Positions 39,160 to 50,812 of a stretch of 64,000 bases of DNA are shown piece after piece. Location: the NCBI RefSeq assembly GCF_018350175.1, contig NC_058368.1:148058001-148122000 (forward strand), written 5' to 3'. The notes beneath the pieces were generated by a model. That model saw nothing but the letters and a program-made list of their open reading frames with translations, was not told where the DNA came from and did not search any database. Source of the DNA: Felis catus (lineage: Eukaryota). A program made the translations under genes and the position numbers. Positions within the stretch are counted from its first letter, which is position 1; the number at the start of each line of letters is the position of its first letter.

Positions 39160-39670
39160 CTTTCCTCCGGACCTTACCTCGCCGCGCCCCTTGGAAGAGG
39201 AACCGCTGAACTATGACTCGAGTGGGGAGTAGGGTAGCAAGGCCTCCACCAGAACTGGGGCTTGCTTCTTAGGTGGGGTGCGCCAGACGTTTTTATGGAA
39301 AACACAGAGAGAAGGAGCCTCGGGGACCCACGGCTCCCGGCAGATTCTCCTCCCAGGATTCCCCTGGCATGCCTCTGGAACTCGTGAGATCCCGCGAGAG
39401 CCACTTCCTCTGGGAAGAGCCGCGAGTGGAAGAACTAGCAGTAACTTGTTCCTGATTCCTATTTTCTGAGCCGCCCCTGACGCAACGCGCCTCCAACCCT
39501 ATCTTTTCCTGCCCTTCCATCTGGTTTCTCCTACTCTCCCTAAACACTGCGTGTCCTACCTTAAGAGCTCCAGCTGCTACATTTTCCTTCCTTGAAATCG
39601 CACACTCCACCCACCACCTGGACCACGCCTAGTGGGGACAAAGGGCTTCACCTGTGGTGCCGCCCCTCCC
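39160..39670. promoter_or_regulatory. Small CpG-enriched promoter-like region
   Basis: About 24 CpGs in about 500 bp (counted by eye) in non-repeat DNA, against a CpG-depleted background. GC boxes CCGCCC at 39471 and 39660, ETS-type CACTTCCT at 39402, TGACGCAA at 39478, and TCTCGCGAGA-like decamers at 39380-39399. Confidence 0.65.
39178..39400 (-). other. Putative first exon of an unidentified minus-strand transcript (5' boundary unknown)
   Basis: GCGGCGAG|GTAAGG donor (intron starts at 39177) at the edge of the CpG-rich zone, followed by a drop to AT-rich sequence. Confidence 0.5.
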
Positions 39671-40829
39671 CCTAAAGAAAAGAACAGGGAAGACAAATGG
39701 AGGTGAGGGATAGGGGTGAACAGGATAAGGAAGAAGTATTGTGTCTTCACTATCTAGCCCTACAAACAGGTCAAGGAATCAGAACCCTGGTGCATGGTAA
39801 TAGCAGGCAGTTCATGCTGGGACAGGGTGGCAACTCCAGGTCTGGGTCTAAGGCATCATTCTCCACCATCTGAAGGCAAGGGGGACCTAGTAGATGTTGA
39901 CACAGGTAGAGAAGTTTCTGATGTTGCTCAGGTAGCACAGTCATTAATAAAGGTACATTTCAAATCCAAGGGCCCCAAAAAGTAGCAAATCTTTTTGAGA
40001 CAGTAAGTACTCTTGATGTTTCCATGTTACTTGATGTAAATAAAACATCCAGAATTCTAAGACCTGTAGTAAAAACTTACCTAGAGTGATTTCCACAATA
40101 ATTGCACTAAACACAATTGCAAGTTTAAAATATGAATTTAATGAGATGATTTATCAAGGTTTTCATGAGATCACAACTAAGGTGAAGATTGTAAATTACC
40201 ATGTGAATTTGCACTTGATTATTCTTTGAGAAATCACAGATGCACCTGCTTTACAAAACCAATGAGATCATAAAAATACAAGTTTTGTCTTTCATCTCTA
40301 ACTCCTCCCTTTAGATACACCCTCATTGCAACTGTTTTTGTTTTTGTTTTTGTTTCCCACTCATGATTCTGACTCATCTTCTGTTTAGCCTCTTGTTCTA
40401 GCTTTCAGGCAGTTGTCTACATCATATTCTCAGCTACATGGATCGGGTCATATGGGTGCGAGGGGGAAGTGAAGATGCAGCTTTTCCTGTTTATAGATCT
40501 TGCAGTCTTTAAAAGGAAGAAAAGCAAGATGGGATTAAAGAGAGGCTTTCTCATGATGCAACTTCAGAGTGAGAAAATTAAAGTCTGTAGGCTAACATAC
40601 TTTTCTGCTAATTCTGACAGTGTCGATTCTTCTTGGCATAATACCCACTCTCGTTATGCTTACACAACCTCTGACATTTTGCTTTGTTCCTCCAAACTTG
40701 GTATTGACCACGACTACAGAAGATAGAATACTAAATATCCTTCCTCAGGAAGGAAGTAGAAAAAGAAAGACTGGAAGAAAATCCCATCCTGCTAAAGACA
40801 GAAAATCTTTAAAAGTTATCCTCAGAAGA

Positions 40830-41060
40830 GGGGTGCCTGGGGGACTCAGTGGGTTGAGCGTCCCACTTCGGCTCAGGTGATGATCTCACAGGCTCAGGTC
40901 GTGATCTCACAGTTCGTGAGTTCGAGCCCCACATTGGGCTGACAGCTCAGAGGCTGTACCCTGCTTATCATTCTGTGTCTCTCGCTCTCTCTCTCTCTGC
41001 TCCTTCCCTGCTCACATGCTGTCTCTCTCTCTCTCATTAATTAATTAATTAATTAATTTT
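40830..41060 (+). mobile_element. Can-SINE with an internal 21-bp duplication and an (ATTA)n tail
   Basis: TSD ttatcctcagaagag at 40816-40830 and 41065-41079. Confidence 0.96.
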
Positions 41061-42300
41061 AAAATTATCCTCAGAAGAGACCTTTGGGATAGTTATACTT
41101 AATTACAGTAAGTTTATTATGCTTTATAGAAGAAGAGATGGACTAAAGAAGTTGCAAGTAGGCCACTATAGCCTGCTTTAGTCCTCAGTTATAGAAGCAG
41201 TTTTAAAGGAAGCATTTTTGTTTTAATTACTAATACAGAGACGCAGTGCAGTTGAGCCATTGCAAAAGTGGCTATGTTTTTATACAGGTGGGTGACCTGG
41301 TTGAGAATCACTGGCTGAATCTGCAGGGTAGCTTCTGGGAATACTTGCCTGGATGAGGGATTCAAATAAAGACACAAAGATTAGATTGTGCTGCGCAAAT
41401 GCTTAGTCTCCAGCTGAATGTTTCCATTAGGTTTGGTGGGCAACTGAGATATATAAAGGATCATAGCCCCATCACAATGAACCATTTAAACAAGGAAGCT
41501 TTGTTTTCCTTATACACACAGAAATAATTGACTATTTTTGTCATAATTGTGCTAGTTTCTCATCAGGTGAATATAATACGGGCTTCTGAAGCATAGCAAG
41601 ATAACCTACAAGTAGGTAATACTGAGAAAAAGTGAATATGCTCCCCTCCCCCTTTTGCTGATCCTTATGTAAGTCAGGTGGAGTGAAGGAATGTTGAGGG
41701 GGTAATTAAGTCTCTAATACCAGTAATAAACCTTTCAGACCAATCCATATAGAAAATTTCACATTCTCCTCTAACAACTAAATGACACAGGTCTTGAGGA
41801 TAAAACAGAAGCTTAATAGATAAAGAGTCTAGATGTTGATTAATAAGGAAGCTGTCTGAAATGGGTAACAGATTTCATTTGGAAGTGAGTTTTATCTTTA
41901 TCTTTTAAAACTAATGGCAGAATTTCTTGCTAGAAATATAGAGGTGCTAGCTACAGTGAATTTACCTCCTATTTCTTAATCAATGAAATTTAAACAAAAG
42001 GAATAGATAAAACAGGTGAGTTTTTTCTGCTAGATTGCAAATAGAGTTAAGAATGAAAGGAAGGGAAACAGGTGAAAGTACAAGCCACAGAAATAAATCG
42101 TGTCATATCTAATTAGTGCAAGTAACTAATTGAAAATTGAACCAGTGCTAGAATAAATCCAGGACCTTTCCTTGTATATCATTAAAACAGTGTAATCACA
42201 ATAGCTTTGGGGAGGATTAATAGTCAGGTCATTTAATGGTACAGTTTTAAAAATATCAGCATTTGAAAAATCATTTGAAAATAATCAACAGGGATTGAAA

Positions 42301-42500
42301 GATGCTTATTTATTTTTGACAGAGAGTAAGAGAGTGTGAGCGGGGGAGGGGCAGAGAGAGCAGGAGAGACAGAATCCAAAGCAGGTTCCAGGCTCCAAGC
42401 TGTCAGCACAGAGCCCAATGCAGCCCTCAAACTCAGGAACCTTGAGATCATGACTTGAGCCGAAGTTGAACACTTAACTGACTGAGCCACCCAGGCATCC
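42301..42500 (-). mobile_element. Can-SINE
   Basis: Antisense SINE. agatg(c/t)ttattt on both sides (42300 and 42501). Confidence 0.95.
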
Positions 42501-42606
42501 AGATGTTTATTTTTTAATTATTAACACTCCATTACTTCAAATAATAATGGTAAATAAAGTTAATTCCCATGTTAATAGACATGACTTCTATGGATAAGAA
42601 TTCTGA

Positions 42607-42812
42607 GGGGTGCCTGGGTGGCTCAGTCTTTTGAGAGTTGGACTCTTGATTTCAGCTCAGGTCATGATCCCAGGGTTCAGGTCGTGATCCCAGGGTCATG
42701 ATATGGAGCCCCATGTCAGGGTCCACACTGAGCATGGAGTCTGCTTAAGATCCTCTCCCTCTGCCCCTCTCCCCACTCATGTGCTCTCTCTCTATAAAAT
42801 AATTAAAAAAAA
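42607..42812 (+). mobile_element. Can-SINE, older subfamily, with an internal 20-bp duplication
   Basis: ggggtgcctgggtggctcag...gactcttgatttcagctcaggtcatgatcccaggg... followed by an A-rich tail. Confidence 0.93.
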
Positions 42813-43001
42813 CAATTTTAATTGCCACTAAAATTCAAATAGTATATTTTAGTATTAAACTTCATGGAATACTATAGAAGCATCATCATTATAAGTTCCT
42901 TTCTACAATTGGGTTATTGCTTTTAAAATATTCAAGGCAAAAACCACACTGTTGTTGCTGTCTGGTTAGAAATCAAGACATACAAAACCTTTAAAAAAAA
43001 A

Positions 43002-43320
43002 GGATGTGAGGGCAATCTGGCAACATCTGTCACCCCATGGGTCAGTTTGGCTGATGTGACTGGCTAGGCTGGTGTCCCCTTCCTTCCTCACCACTCCCTG
43101 TACATCCTTTCTGAAATTGCAGGCTCGGTTGAAGAGGACCATCTTTCCTGATAGAGGAGGATTGTTCTTTGGTCAAGGGTATGGGATTAGCTGCACTCCC
43201 CCACTAGAACTTCCCAACAGGCTCTCAAGGTCCATTTGTAGTGGAACATAAGATAGTCAAGCTTCCAGGATTCCAGACACATCCAAATGAGGTGCTGCAT
43301 GTGGCAGTCTGCCGTTCTTT
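43002..43320 (+). pseudogene. RN7SK: Full-length 7SK snRNA retropseudogene
   Basis: Begins GGATGTGAGGGC and ends CCAGACACATCCAAATGAGGTGCTGCATGTGGCAGTCTGCCGTTCTTT, collinear with mammalian 7SK. Shows CpG decay and small 5' deletions. A-rich tail at 43321-43356 and TT/AAAA target context. Confidence 0.95.
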
Positions 43321-44214
43321 AAATTAAAAGAAAAAAAAAAAAGAAGAGAAAAAAAAGATGCTCTGGACTGCAAGCCCTGGGATGAATCCAGTTTTCCAGC
43401 TTTCTCTTGAACTGAACAACACCGAAATGACATATCACACTGCTGACTGTGAGGTGTGTATTCTCTTTCTTTTATCCCTTTGAAACAAAAATTGTAGAAT
43501 AGTTATATTTGGAATGGAAATTACAGAAATCAACAAATATAGAAATTATATGTTTATAAAAATTATGGTATATTTCAGTCTTTTGAGTAGTCACAAAAGT
43601 GGTGTCTTTTAAAATGACTTTTATTGTTGTTTATTTTTCATAGTACAATATAGTTTTAATTGCTAAAGATTTTCCCAAGCTTGCTTTTAGGGACAGCTTG
43701 TGTACAATATATAATTCTAATTTAAGTGTCATATAAAACCATTGTTTTTATTATTATTATTATTATAACAAAACTTATTTGAAAAGTAAGTAAGAACAGA
43801 TATTTGCTCTTCTTTCTTTATTGTGGTGGGGTTGGAGGAGTTTTTTGTTAGGTGAGATTGCCATAAGCATGAAAATCTTTTTACTCCTTTCTCATCTGTT
43901 CTCAGAGAAAATAAGAAGCTCTTTTACTTGTACAGAAGCAAGAAAACAAAGATTAAACAGAAAATAATTAGAAATTCTGAATCAACAGGAAAAAAAATAC
44001 TTATATTGGAGTAACCAACGTGGATATAATAAAAATTAGTTTCTTGGATAAAATTCTTGTTTAGGAAGCCTTCATTGGATGTTTAGGATGGATGAGACCT
44101 ATTTCATAAGTCTAACTCCACCCGTTTATTTTTCATAAACACACGCCCAAATCTTAATAAGTTTCCTAATTTTAAGGCCTTTCATCATAACATAGTTTGA
44201 CTTTACATGTGAGG

Positions 44215-45092
44215 TAATATATTTGAAATATATGATTGTTTCTGATAAGGATTTATTATCCAAAATGTATAAATAACTCTCACAACTGAATTACAAAACA
44301 CAACCCAATTAAAAAACAGGTAAATAACTAAAATAGACTTTTTCCAAGTAAGATGTACAAATAGCCAAGAAGCACATGAAAAGACGAAATGACAATCAAA
44401 AGCTCAATGAGGTACCATATCATATCCACTATGATGATTATAATCAAAAGGTCCATTGCTGATGGGAAACCAAAATGGTACAACCATAGTCACTGTGGAA
44501 AACCGTTTGATGGTTCATCAAATAGTCAAACATAAAATTACCAAATGACCTCCACAATTCCACCATTAAATCTATACATGCTCTCCCACAAAAAAATTTA
44601 AAATAGATACACAAACAAGTACATGTATATGCATGTTAATAGCATTACTATCCAAAATAGCCAAAAGGTAGAAACAGCCTAAAAAATCTATCAATGGGTG
44701 AATGGATAAACAAAATGTGGTATATACTTGCAATTAAATATTATTCAGCCTTAAAAAGAAACAAAGTACTGATCCATGCTACAATGTGGATGAATCTCCA
44801 AAATATTATCCTAAGTGATAAAAGCCAGGCACAAAATGCCATATAGTGTATGATTCAATTTATATGAAATATACAAAAATATAAATCAATAGAGATAAAA
44901 TACACATTGATGGGTGCTGTGCTTGAGGGTGAGTGGAAAATGAGAGAAACCATGTAAGGTTATGGAGCTTCACTTTGGAATGGTGGATATTTTGGAACTG
45001 GATAGAAGTGTCATTATAAGAAACTGCAAAATGTGCTAAATGCCACTAAATTGTTGCATATTAAAGAGTTAATTTTATGTCATGTGAATTTT
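44215..45092 (+). mobile_element. L1MB-like 3' end
   Basis: tctgataaggatttattatccaaaat...gaatggataaacaaaatgtggtatatac...tgtgctaaatgccactaaattg. Confidence 0.85.
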
Positions 45093-46011
45093 GTTGCAGT
45101 AGCATCAGTAAGTAATACTTCCTCTAAATATTTCATCATACTTCAAGAGTATACTAACCTGGTATACTATATATCTGTCTTTTTCACATTATGTTTATTG
45201 ATTGTAATCAATACAATGTCTAAGTATTGAATTTACCTGCCTGACTGAAGTGATGATTGATGTAAATACATGACAGTGTACTGAGTCCATATTTACTAGA
45301 GATTACATACATAAAATGTGTGGAATTACTGCCTCTTTAACTGGTGTTAGCCTTGCATCCTAGATTGTAATATCAAAGAGTTAAATGCCTTAAATATCCA
45401 CACTCTTAACTAAGAGGGTCAATTGGGTTATTAATTCTGCCTGTTCTTACAGTGAATTATTTCTAAGACCTACAATTCATCAAGGTTTAAAAAATAGAGA
45501 ATTTGGAAAGGTATTGATGAAGAATGTTTCTTGTGCCTCTCCTCACTTTCCCCAACCCAAGTAGGTGATGTCTTAGCTTCAGAGATATGGTGTGATGTTA
45601 CTTCTGAATAAAAACTGGAACAGGAGACTTCAATAGAGTACTTTGAAATTCTATGGTACATAAAAATAAATATTATGACCTAGCAGACTTTTTTTTTTAA
45701 TTTTGACTTTCAAATATCAAAGAAACAGAGTAACAAACAATGGACACCAATGCCTATTCCCAGCAATTTACCCAAATTCTTTTTCATCTGTATACTTTGA
45801 CAGGATAGCCTCATCCATATCTATCCATCCTTTACATGTAGGTGTTCAAGTATCTCACGACTTGTTTTGCAATTTTTATTTCCATGTTGATCTTAGTACC
45901 AATACATACAACTGTCATCTGGACATAATTAGATAGATGTAGCATAGATTCTTTGAACTTCGTATGTCTGAAAAATTAATTTACAAAAATTCAGTTCTGG
46001 TTCCATCTATC

Positions 46012-46442
46012 TATTATGACTTAATATTCCTGTCCCCCTAAATTCATATGATGAGATCCTAATCTTTAATGTGATAGTGTCAGAAGATGGAGCCTTCAGG
46101 AGGTGATTAGATCATGAAGGTAAGGCCCTCATGAATGGAATTAGTGTACTAAAAAAACAAACACAGACACAGACACAAAAACAAAACAAAACAAAACAAA
46201 ACAAACAAAAAGAACAAACAAAAAAACCTCCCAGCGTTCTCTAGCCTCTTCTGCCACATGAGAAGCACACAGTGAGTTGACAGCCATGTGAGGCAGAAAG
46301 CAGACTCTCACCAAAAACTCAATCTACTAGCTCCTTGATCCTAGACTTCCAGCCTCTAAACCTATGAGAAATAAATATTTATTGCTTAAGCCACCCAGTC
46401 TATGGTATTTTTGTTACAGCAGCCCAAACAGACTAAAACAAC
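46012..46442 (+). mobile_element. MLT1A-like MaLR solo LTR containing a (CAAAA)n tract
   Basis: tgtccccctaaattcatatgatgagatcctaatc...gccacccagtctatggtatttttgttacagcagcccaaacagactaaaaca. Confidence 0.85.
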
Positions 46443-46750
46443 ATATAAGGATTTAGTGCCAAGTATTGTATTAGGTATTAGGGATACAGCAGTAGACAAG
46501 ACAGATATGACCCTGAATCATAGACATCATCACAATACAGACACTGTTTCATGGAAATTTGGATGATTTTCAGTTGATTGTACCATCTTGAGGACTTTGT
46601 ATATGTAGTAACTTACACAGCGTAGTTCCTTAATAAATATACCTAAATAAAATTTAGAAAATTTTGAAGAAATTAAGAATGACATAATTAGTTCAGTGAA
46701 AATGATACTGATTATTTAAACAATTTTAATTTGCCTACTTTAATTGCCTT

Positions 46751-47357
46751 TGTGAAGTTCTGGAGGTCCCCAAACCATTCTCACTTCTCAATACCAACCA
46801 CAAGTTTTGGAATTCCCAAGACTATAGGCAAGATTAATTATTCACTAGAAGTACTCGCAGAACTCAGAAAAGCCATTATACTCATGGTTATGATTGATTA
46901 CAACAAAAGGATAAGTTAACACCAGAGAGGAAATATGCACACAGGGCAGAGTCCTGGAAACACCAGGACATTGGAGCTTCCAGTTGTCCTCTCCCAGTGG
47001 CACTGTGCAGACAGCACCCATTTTTCCCAGCAATGATGTGTAGTAATACACATAGAGTACTGACAGAGAGATGCACCTGAGTCTTAGCGTCCAGAGTTTT
47101 ATTGGAAATGGGTCACATAGATATGGTTAACTACTTTTGTTGCTGAACTCATACTCCATTCCCTCCAGAGGTACAGCTGATACCATGTGGCCAAAGACTC
47201 CCCACCATAAATCACGTTGTTAGTACAGATTATCAGGAATGGCCCAAGCCTCCAAGTAAACAAGGATTCTTTAATTAGGTAGGACATTCCAAGAGCTTAT
47301 AGGTTACCTCTCAGGAGCTGAAGCCAATGCCCAAACTTCTTTTGGGCAAGTTATACA
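46751..47357 (-). mobile_element. MER21-like LTR
   Basis: ggaggtccccaaacca...attcactagaagtactcgcagaactcagaaaagccattatactcatggttatg...gtccagagttttattgg...aggacattccaagagctta. Confidence 0.75.
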
Positions 47358-49225
47358 TTGTTAGAGTATTTGTGCAGAAAAAAACATTGATGACACCATT
47401 CATTGTTTTGCACTCCTCTGGAATCTGATTGTTTACAAAAGTATTGCAGGTTAAGCTACAGAATCACTTGTGCCACTTTCATTAAAGAATAATTAGAACA
47501 CAGAGTATATACATGTGTGTTTATTTATATTTAATTAACTGTTATATATTTAGATTAAATTTAATTATAATTAAAACCTTCAATTCTCAATTTAGAAAAT
47601 AGCCTAAATTGTTGATAAATAACTAGAAATTTGCATATCAGGGGAACTTTTTACCTCTCTAGACATTTTTTCTTAGTAAGTAATAAATGAAAGCTGAAAA
47701 AAATCTAGTTTCATGCTTGTCTGCCCTCCATAGAGCAGGACCTCTTATAATAGTAGCATTTCACACACAGTAGTTCAACTTAGATTTTATTGGAGAAAGA
47801 ATGTTAAGAACCTTGTCTAACTTGTGTGTATTGGTGTATTGGAAAATGAAGAAAAGTAGTTACAACTTCACAGTCCATTGCTCAATTGTTCTAGGACTGT
47901 GGAATTGAAAAAACAAAATTGACTTCTGGAAAATTTTTCAAAAGTAAGGATGAATAAAAGCAAATATGGAAACCTTTTTATCAAAACGATCTAGTAAATC
48001 CTGATCCTGTGCTTTTTATAACAGATTTCAATTGTCACACCTGCTAATACTCTCTTAGTGTAGGTAAAAATAATATTACTTTCCAATCTCATGAGAAGTA
48101 GAAAAATAAAAGAAACTCTACTCACATAAATAAAACTTTGATCTTTACATTTTTCCAAATAGAAAAAAAATAACTCAAAATACATTTTATTTGTCAAAGT
48201 CTCTTTTATAACATGATCTAAATAGTCTTAAAAGTTTGGCATTTTTTATTATAAAAATTAACTCACTGGAGAGGAGTCAACATGGCAGAGAAGTAGGGAG
48301 ACCCAAAGTTTCTTCGTCCTTTAAACACAGCAGTATTGAGGACAGAATATTTGGAATTCCAGGAATCCAGGCTACAGAGTGACAGAAACATCTACAGGGG
48401 TCTATGGGAACAACTTGGCGGGCCATAGGTGCATGATTGTAAATTGGGAGAGATAAAATGGGCAGCATAGGCACAGGGAGGAGGAATCCCTTCCTATGGA
48501 GAGAGAAAATGAAGAGAAAGAGAGGCTGTGGAAGTGTAGGATTGTGTTTGGACAAGAGAAAAACCATGGACTTGGGGGTGGGGGGAACAGAGTAAGAACC
48601 AACTACTAACATGATCCAGGTTGTAGGGCTTTCTGTGGACTGGGGCCTGCCGCCCTGAACACACCTGGAAAGGAGGAAGCCAGCCCTGGGCTTGGTAGTG
48701 AACTCAGAGGCTCAGTCAAAGAGAGCAGTCCCTCCCTTGAATGCTGTGGGAAGAAGGTATAGAGCCACTCCAACGACAAAAGACCCTGCTGACACCCACC
48801 AGCCAGAAGCCCTTAGTCAGCTGGGTTGACTGGAACTTCCCTGAAACCAGGGTACATGGAGTGGGATCCTTTAAAACATCAGGGTATGAATCCAAGATGA
48901 GCTCCTGGGAGGTGCAGGAGACTGAGGAGTGGGTCAAACTGGCCTACTCGAGTTCACGCAGTACTGTGAGGATGATCTGAACAGAGTGGTTTGGGTCACC
49001 CAGTCTGGGGAGGAGAGACTGGTAAACCAGAGCAAGATTGACACTGACCTAACCAGACCAGCACAGCTACTGGTTCCAAGGCAGCATCAGATATCTGTAC
49101 AGCATTTTGCATTTTCTGATTTGATTCTTGGTCAATTCTTATTTTATATATATTTTTCCTTCCTTTTCTTCCTCTTATTTCTTCCCTTCTCTATTCTGGT
49201 TGTTAGTTTGTTAAAGCAGGCATTT

Positions 49226-49420
49226 AAAAAAAAAATTTAACGTTTATTTATTTTTGAGACAGAGAGAGACAGAGCATGAATGGGGGACGGTCAAAGAGAG
49301 AGGGAGACGCAGAATCTGAAACAGGCTCCAGGCTCTGAGTGGTCAGCACAGTCACAGACCACGAGATCATGACCTGAGCCGAAGTCGGACACTCAACCGA
49401 CTGAGCCACCCACACGCCCC
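49226..49420 (-). mobile_element. Can-SINE nested in the L1 5' UTR, internally deleted
   Basis: TSD aagcaggcattt at 49214-49225 and 49422-49433. Confidence 0.95.
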
Positions 49421-49856
49421 TAAGCAGGCATTTTTAATCTAATTTTTTACACCTCTTCTTCATCTCCTTCTACTTTATTTTCCCCTCCATTTCTGGATTA
49501 AGCTGTATAGTTTCTCTGAGTCTCTGCCTGGTCATTTTTTTTCTTTTTCCCCACCATGTCATTTCTCTCTTTGTATGGAATAAGGCTTCTTCCACCATCA
49601 CCCCCTTTATAAATTTTTCCAGGATTAGTTCAACCAACAAATCAAAGCACACCTGGTAGAAGGTGCAAAGCACCATTATGACTAGGGAGATAAAGCAACC
49701 AGAGCCACAACAGAGAGCACACAACCCACTCCAAAACCACCTCCTGAAGGTCCAGGCCCTGAAGAGTATATGACCCCTTTTTAATATAGTAGTGCTCGCA
49801 GGTGCAGGACATATAATAAGCTACTAAAACACCAAAAGGATAGCAAACTGGCCAAA

Positions 49857-50745
49857 ATCATAAAATGGAAGAATTCTCTTCAAAAGAAATTCCAGGAAGA
49901 AATGACAGCTAGAGAATTCCTCAAAACAGATATAAACAATATATCTGATCAAGAATTTAGAATAATAGTCTTATGATTAATAGGTGGGCTTGAAAAAAGC
50001 ATACAACACAGCAGAGAATCTGTTGCTACAGAGATCAAGGAACTAAATAATAGTCATGACTAATTAAGGAATGTTATAAATAAGGTACAAAATAGATGCA
50101 GTGACAGCAAGGATGGAGGAAGCAGAGGGGAGAATAAGTGAAATAGAAGATAAAATTATGGAAAATGATGAAGCCAAGGAAAAAAAAAGAGGTTAAAAAA
50201 ATACTAGACCACAAGGGGAGAATTAGAGAACTAAGTGATTCAATGACACATAATAATTTCCATATGATAGGAGTTCCAGAAGAAGAGAGAGAGAGAAAGA
50301 GGCAGAAGGTTTACTTGAACAAATTATAGCTGAGAATTCCCTAATCTGGGGAAGGAAGCAGACCTCCAAACCCAGGAGGCACAGAGAACCCCCTTCAGAA
50401 TCAAAAAGAATAGGTGTTCTCCATGGAATTTTCTGGTGAAACTGGCAAAATGCAAAGATAAAGAGAGAATTCTGAAAGCAGCTAGGGACAAAAAGGCCTT
50501 AAGCTACAAGGGTAGACACATGAGGGTAATAGCAGACCTGTCCACTGAAACTTAGCAGGCCAGAAGGGAGTAGCAGGAAATATTCAAAGTGCTGAATAGG
50601 AAAAATATACAACCAGGAATTCTTTCTCCAGCAAGGCTGTCATTCAGGATAGAAGGAGAGATAAAGGCTTTCCCAGACAAAAACTGAAGGAGTTCATGAC
50701 TGCTAAACCAGCCCTACAAGAGATCCTAAGGGGGTGCTCTGTGAG
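49857..50745 (+). pseudogene. Disrupted L1 ORF1 (RNA-binding protein)
   Basis: ORF1-like text (aaaatggaagaattctcttcaaaagaaa...gagaattctgaaagcagct...TAKPALQEILRG). The expected start codon reads ATC and there are internal stops. Boundaries approximate. Confidence 0.8.
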
Positions 50746-50812
50746 TGTAATGCTGCAAAGACTACAAAGGAGCAGAGACATCATCACAAGCATAAAGCCT
50801 ACAGATAATACA

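Noticed and set aside
40601..40713. Minus-strand AG/GT-bounded segment with one open frame (VVNTKFGGTKQNVRGCVSITRVGIMPRR...)
   Set aside because: Unrecognised peptide, modest donor, and it lies upstream of the putative TSS. Consistent with chance.
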